The position numbers and the translations under genes were made by a program. A DNA stretch of 64,000 nt from Christensenellales bacterium (lineage in GTDB: Bacteria > Bacillota > Clostridia > Christensenellales > DTU072), in assembly GCA_050309775.1 (NCBI GenBank), contig JBNRMV010000012.1, positions 16,168-80,167 of the forward strand. Reading direction: 5' to 3'. The notes beneath the pieces were generated by a model that made no database searches, was not told the origin of the DNA, and saw nothing but the letters and a program-made list of their open reading frames with translations. Within the stretch, counting starts at the first letter, position 1, and each line of letters starts with the position of its first letter. Below, piece after piece: positions 60,632-64,000 of the stretch.

Positions 60632-61092
60632 GGCTGTTGCTTGCCATGTAATATGGTTTGGATTTCTGTCAGGAAAGTGTTTATGTCCTTGAATTCTCTA
60701 TGGACAGAGGCAAACCTTACATATGCCACATCGTCAAGCTCTTTCAAGCGTTGCATGACCATTTCGCCTATCTTTTTTGAGCTGATTTCCTGCGCAAGCG
60801 AATTGTGGACTTGTTTTTCTATATCGGCAATGAGTTTTTCGATTTCGGCAATTGGTACAGGTCTTTTTTCGCAGGCTTTCATTACGCCGCTTTTTATTTT
60901 TGAGGAATCAAAAATTTGTCTGTTGCCGTTACTTTTTACGACCAGTACAGGTGTAGACTCAATCTTTTCGTAAGTGGTGAACCGCTTGCCGCAATTTATG
61001 CATTCGCGGCGCCGTCTTATGCTCAAACCGTCATCGCTGACTCTTGAATCGATAACTTTGCTGTCCATACAAGCGCATACATTACATTTCAT
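60628..61092 (-). CDS. nrdR: transcriptional repressor NrdR
   Basis: Zn ribbon (C..C, VIDSR, RRRREC..C..RFTTYE), ATP cone, AYVRFASV. Confidence 0.96.
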   Translation of the reverse strand: MKCNVCACMDSKVIDSRVSDDGLSIRRRRECINCGKRFTTYEKIESTPVLVVKSNGNRQIFDSSKIKSGVMKACEKRPVPIAEIEKLIADIEKQVHNSLAQEISSKKIGEMVMQRLKELDDVAYVRFASVHREFKDINTFLTEIQTILHGKQQP

Positions 61093-61157
61093 CTTTAATA
61101 CCTCGTTATCATTATACAGTAAACGCATAAATTTGTAAAACATTTTTCTTTCAACAT

Positions 61158-61188
61158 AAAAAAGCGCCCTAAACATGCTGTTTAGGGC
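61158..61188 (-). terminator. intrinsic terminator after ylmC
   Basis: GCCCTAAACA-GCA-TGTTTAGGGC then TTTTTT on minus strand. Confidence 0.8.
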
Positions 61189-61200
61189 TTACAAACAAAC

Positions 61201-61476
61201 TTAGTGCAAGACCAAAGACCCGTCCGATGCCGCTCCAAGATTTACCAGTATGACATCATCACCGATTTTTGACACACATTTCCATGGTATAAAGATATTT
61301 TCACAGCCGCTGATATTTTTCAACAACCGCCTTTCTCCGGGAACCACAATGCCGACCGCCTGACCGCAGCAGGTGAACGCCATGTCTATGACTCTGCCCA
61401 GCCTTTTTCCGTCAACAATGTTGACAACCTCCCGTTCTCTCAATTCACAAAAAGTAAAATCTATACTGCCGTCCAC
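61201..61476 (-). CDS. YlmC/YmxH PRC-barrel sporulation protein
   Basis: REVVNIVDGKRLG, IPW..V.KIGDDVILV; GTG start with SD GAGGGG. Confidence 0.9.
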   Translation of the reverse strand: MDGSIDFTFCELREREVVNIVDGKRLGRVIDMAFTCCGQAVGIVVPGERRLLKNISGCENIFIPWKCVSKIGDDVILVNLGAASDGSLVLH

Positions 61477-61520
61477 GCTTTCCCCTCATTAGATTTTATT
61501 CAATGAACGGCAGTATATGC

Positions 61521-62288
61521 CTAAAATGCCTTGCGCAAGTGGGCTATGGCGCTCTTTTCCAGTCGGCTGACCTGCGCCTGTGAAATATTCAGCTTTTGCG
61601 ATATCTCCATTTGTGTGTCGCCTCTGAAGTACCGCATCATGAGTATTTGTTTTTCTTTCGGAGGCAATTTCTTAATCTCGTCTTTCAGAGTGAGATTGTC
61701 CAACATACTTTCTTCATCCTTGTCCGAACTGAGTTGGTCAACCACAAGTATAGAGTCCTCGCCGTCGGAATAAACCGACTCATAAATTGACACAGGCTCG
61801 GCAATGGCGTCCAAAGCGCATACGACATCTTTATACGGCACATCGATTTCTTGCGCTATTTCCATCAGCGTTACTTCGCTTGACCGCCCTATTTCCAGCT
61901 TGTCCCGGGCTTGCATGGCACGATATGCCACATCGCGCAGGCTTCTGCCGACTTTGAGCGCCGTACTATCTCTTATAAACCTCCGTATTTCGCCAAGCAC
62001 CATAGGCACGGCATAGGTCGAAAAACGCACATTTAATGTGACATCAAAGTTGTCCAGGGCTTTTATCAACCCAAGCACCCCGACTTGAAAAAGGTCGTCG
62101 GCAATATCCTTGTCAATTCTGAACCGTTGCACCATACTAAGCACAAGGCGCATATTTCCTATCAAAAATTCTTCTCTCAAATGAGTTTCGCCGTTCTTTA
62201 TTCTTTTGATTAGTTCCTCGCTCTGCTTTGCAGTCAGTTTTGGAAGCTGGGAGGTACAAATACCGCTTATTACTACCTTGTTTGACAT
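61521..62288 (-). CDS. sigG: RNA polymerase sporulation sigma factor G
   Basis: KVVISGICTSQLP N-terminus, DDLFQVG, FSTYAVPM, ISQAQVSRLEK; follows sigE. Confidence 0.93.
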   Translation of the reverse strand: MSNKVVISGICTSQLPKLTAKQSEELIKRIKNGETHLREEFLIGNMRLVLSMVQRFRIDKDIADDLFQVGVLGLIKALDNFDVTLNVRFSTYAVPMVLGEIRRFIRDSTALKVGRSLRDVAYRAMQARDKLEIGRSSEVTLMEIAQEIDVPYKDVVCALDAIAEPVSIYESVYSDGEDSILVVDQLSSDKDEESMLDNLTLKDEIKKLPPKEKQILMMRYFRGDTQMEISQKLNISQAQVSRLEKSAIAHLRKAF

Positions 62289-62321
62289 AATTCCTCCTAT
62301 GTAAAACAAACAGGTGTAATA

Positions 62322-62350
62322 AAGTATTTGCCTTTGAATAATTATTATTC
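62322..62350 (-). promoter_or_regulatory. sigF/sigG-type promoter of sigG
   Basis: GAATA-17 bp-AATACTT in the sigE-sigG gap. Confidence 0.45.
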
Positions 62351-62376
62351 AACAAAGAATAATGTATTTTATGTCG

Positions 62377-63108
62377 TCACTCGCATTTTGCAAAATCCTT
62401 TTTAAGTTTTTCCAATATCTTTTTTTCCAATCGGCTTATGTAAGATTGCGATATATTCATCATGTCGGCTATTTCTTTTTGGGTTTTTTCTTCTCTGCCA
62501 TACAGCCCATAGCGCATGCCGACTATAAGTTGGTCACGCTCGTTCAGCTTGTTGTACAGTTCTTTCAATATACCTTTCTCGACATCGCTTTCCATCTCCT
62601 TATATACAGAATCGCATTCCGTGCCCAGAATGTCGCTCAAAAGCAGCTTGTTGCCCTCCCAATCGACATTTAACGGTTCATCAAGGCTGATTTCCCCCCG
62701 TGTGCGCACTACTTTACGCAAAAACATAAGTATCTCATTCTCTATACAGCGTGACGCATATGTGGCAAGTTTAATTTTCTTTTCTGAATTGTATGATTTT
62801 ACGGCTTTTATCAATCCCACCGTACCTACGGAAATAAGCTCCTCGATATCAATACCGGTGTTGTTAAAACGCTTTGCTATGTAAACGACAAGCCGCAGAT
62901 TATGTTCAATCAGCAGATTTTTTGCGGCTTCCTCGCCTTCTATCATTTGCGCTATTGCCACCGCCTCGTCCTCGCTTGACAGCGGTGTGGGCAGCGCCAC
63001 AATATAATTCACTTCGCCCGACGGCGCTTTCTTAAATACGCTTGCCATACGACGCATAAGTTTTTGGAAAAAGGCGAAAATTCTTTTGAAAATTGATTTT
63101 TTTGTCAT
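62377..63108 (-). CDS. sigE: pro-sigma-E
   Basis: [50 protein letters not shown]. Confidence 0.95.
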   Translation of the reverse strand: MTKKSIFKRIFAFFQKLMRRMASVFKKAPSGEVNYIVALPTPLSSEDEAVAIAQMIEGEEAAKNLLIEHNLRLVVYIAKRFNNTGIDIEELISVGTVGLIKAVKSYNSEKKIKLATYASRCIENEILMFLRKVVRTRGEISLDEPLNVDWEGNKLLLSDILGTECDSVYKEMESDVEKGILKELYNKLNERDQLIVGMRYGLYGREEKTQKEIADMMNISQSYISRLEKKILEKLKKDFAKCE

Positions 63109-63111
63109 AAT

Positions 63112-63891
63112 TTATTCTCCTGTCATATCTGAATGTAATATTATGTCATAATCCGGGTTTATATCTCGACTTACGCCGGCTTTGGCTTTATATATTTTAT
63201 TCTGTGCCTTGTTGGAATATATCTCAAATTGCAACTCAACGCTTTTGAGCATCTTTATACCGCCGACTGTGCGCACAAGCACTTCTCCGCAATTCGGGTA
63301 TTGCAACCGCTCGCACAAACGCTCGGATATTATGACCATAGGTTGACCGTCCTCCGGACAAAAAAGGTGGTTGCCGCTGTCATAAAGCGCCTGAACGTCT
63401 ATAAACCCGTCACTTGTTTTGACTTTTGCCGCAAAGACGCTTTTTAACATGGCTCGCCTTTTATAAAAATCTTTGATGCAAATCTTAATCAGCGTCAATA
63501 ATATTAACCCTGCGGAAAACACGCAAAACGGAAACAATTGCAGCTTGCCGTTATATTTTGTCAAATCCACCGCAGAGAATGAGGACAGCAAAACCGTTGC
63601 GCCGGCAAGGCAGCAAGATATCATGAGAAAAACCGTCAAGGAAGTTATATATTCCGAAATATTTTTATATTTTTTCATGACAACAAGCATGAGCGGTGAC
63701 AGCAGAACTTTGACAATATAGTTATAATTCCCCAAAAAAGGATATAAAACTGAAAATATAGCGCCGATAAGACCGCCGCAGAACAAACGCAGTATACCGA
63801 CATCTTGTTTTTTTACAAGGAATGTAAGATACAGCAAAAACATATCTACCGCAAGGTTGTCAAGCAGTATGTATTCCACATAAACAGTCAA
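63112..63891 (-). CDS. spoIIGA: sigma-E processing peptidase
   Basis: TM N-terminal domain (VYVEY..LDN..VD), aspartic protease LYDSGN; upstream of sigE; TTG start with SD GGAGGG. Confidence 0.9.
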   Translation of the reverse strand: MTVYVEYILLDNLAVDMFLLYLTFLVKKQDVGILRLFCGGLIGAIFSVLYPFLGNYNYIVKVLLSPLMLVVMKKYKNISEYITSLTVFLMISCCLAGATVLLSSFSAVDLTKYNGKLQLFPFCVFSAGLILLTLIKICIKDFYKRRAMLKSVFAAKVKTSDGFIDVQALYDSGNHLFCPEDGQPMVIISERLCERLQYPNCGEVLVRTVGGIKMLKSVELQFEIYSNKAQNKIYKAKAGVSRDINPDYDIILHSDMTGE

Positions 63892-63934
63892 AGCGCCCTC
63901 CGATAGCTTTTAATATACAACCGAAAGGCGCAAT

Positions 63935-63969
63935 AAAAAAGACAGGTTACTTTTTATCCTGTCTTTTTT
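63935..63969. terminator. intrinsic terminator of the gene upstream of spoIIGA
   Basis: AAAAAAGACAGG...CCTGTCTTTTTT inverted repeat. Confidence 0.75.
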
Positions 63970-64000
63970 TGACGAAATGAAAAATCGGACTACTCGCTGT

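Noticed and set aside
19795-62309. Longest-ORF starts for cmk, the mmdA-like gene, dacB, scpA, argR, xseA, spoVAD, nrdR and sigG
   Set aside because: They overlap upstream genes or promoters. Downstream ATGs with an SD or a family-typical N-terminus were used instead.
13486-63721. Numerous 60-220 aa ORFs antisense to or overlapping core genes (e.g. 24673-25284, 27474-28145, 50533-51162)
   Set aside because: Shadow ORFs of well-supported genes with no independent evidence.

Overview
Core-chromosome window from an endospore-forming Clostridia-class bacterium (lineage inferred from gene content). It appears to span the replication terminus. Genes from 189 to 13372 are on + (miaB-mutS-mutL-miaA-ynbB-like, an Imm5-like gene, a Xer recombinase, a LexA-like gene and a PadR-membrane fusion). 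Almost everything from 13437 to 63891 is on - (rnhA/proC, purB, ispH-rpsA, cmk, a Na+-decarboxylase operon, scpAB, dacB/dacF, spoIVB, recN-argR-nadK-tlyA, ispA-xseAB-folD-nusB, spoIIIAA-AH, efp, spoVAC/D/E, polA-coaE-dinB, sigK, nrdR, spoIIGA-sigE-sigG). Non-coding highlights: (1) a ~564-nt OLE RNA between ispA and an oapA homologue; (2) a perfect 15-6-15 bp palindrome resembling difSL at the apparent G/C-skew flip, flanked by ~159-bp repeats and followed by a single Xer recombinase and a LexA-like protein that has lost its autocleavage residues; (3) a tRNA-Trp; (4) several apparently leaderless transcripts; (5) a 102-bp tandem duplication where spo0A normally lies. No IS, prophage or CRISPR array was seen. 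All calls are by eye from motifs and synteny; no database searches were run.
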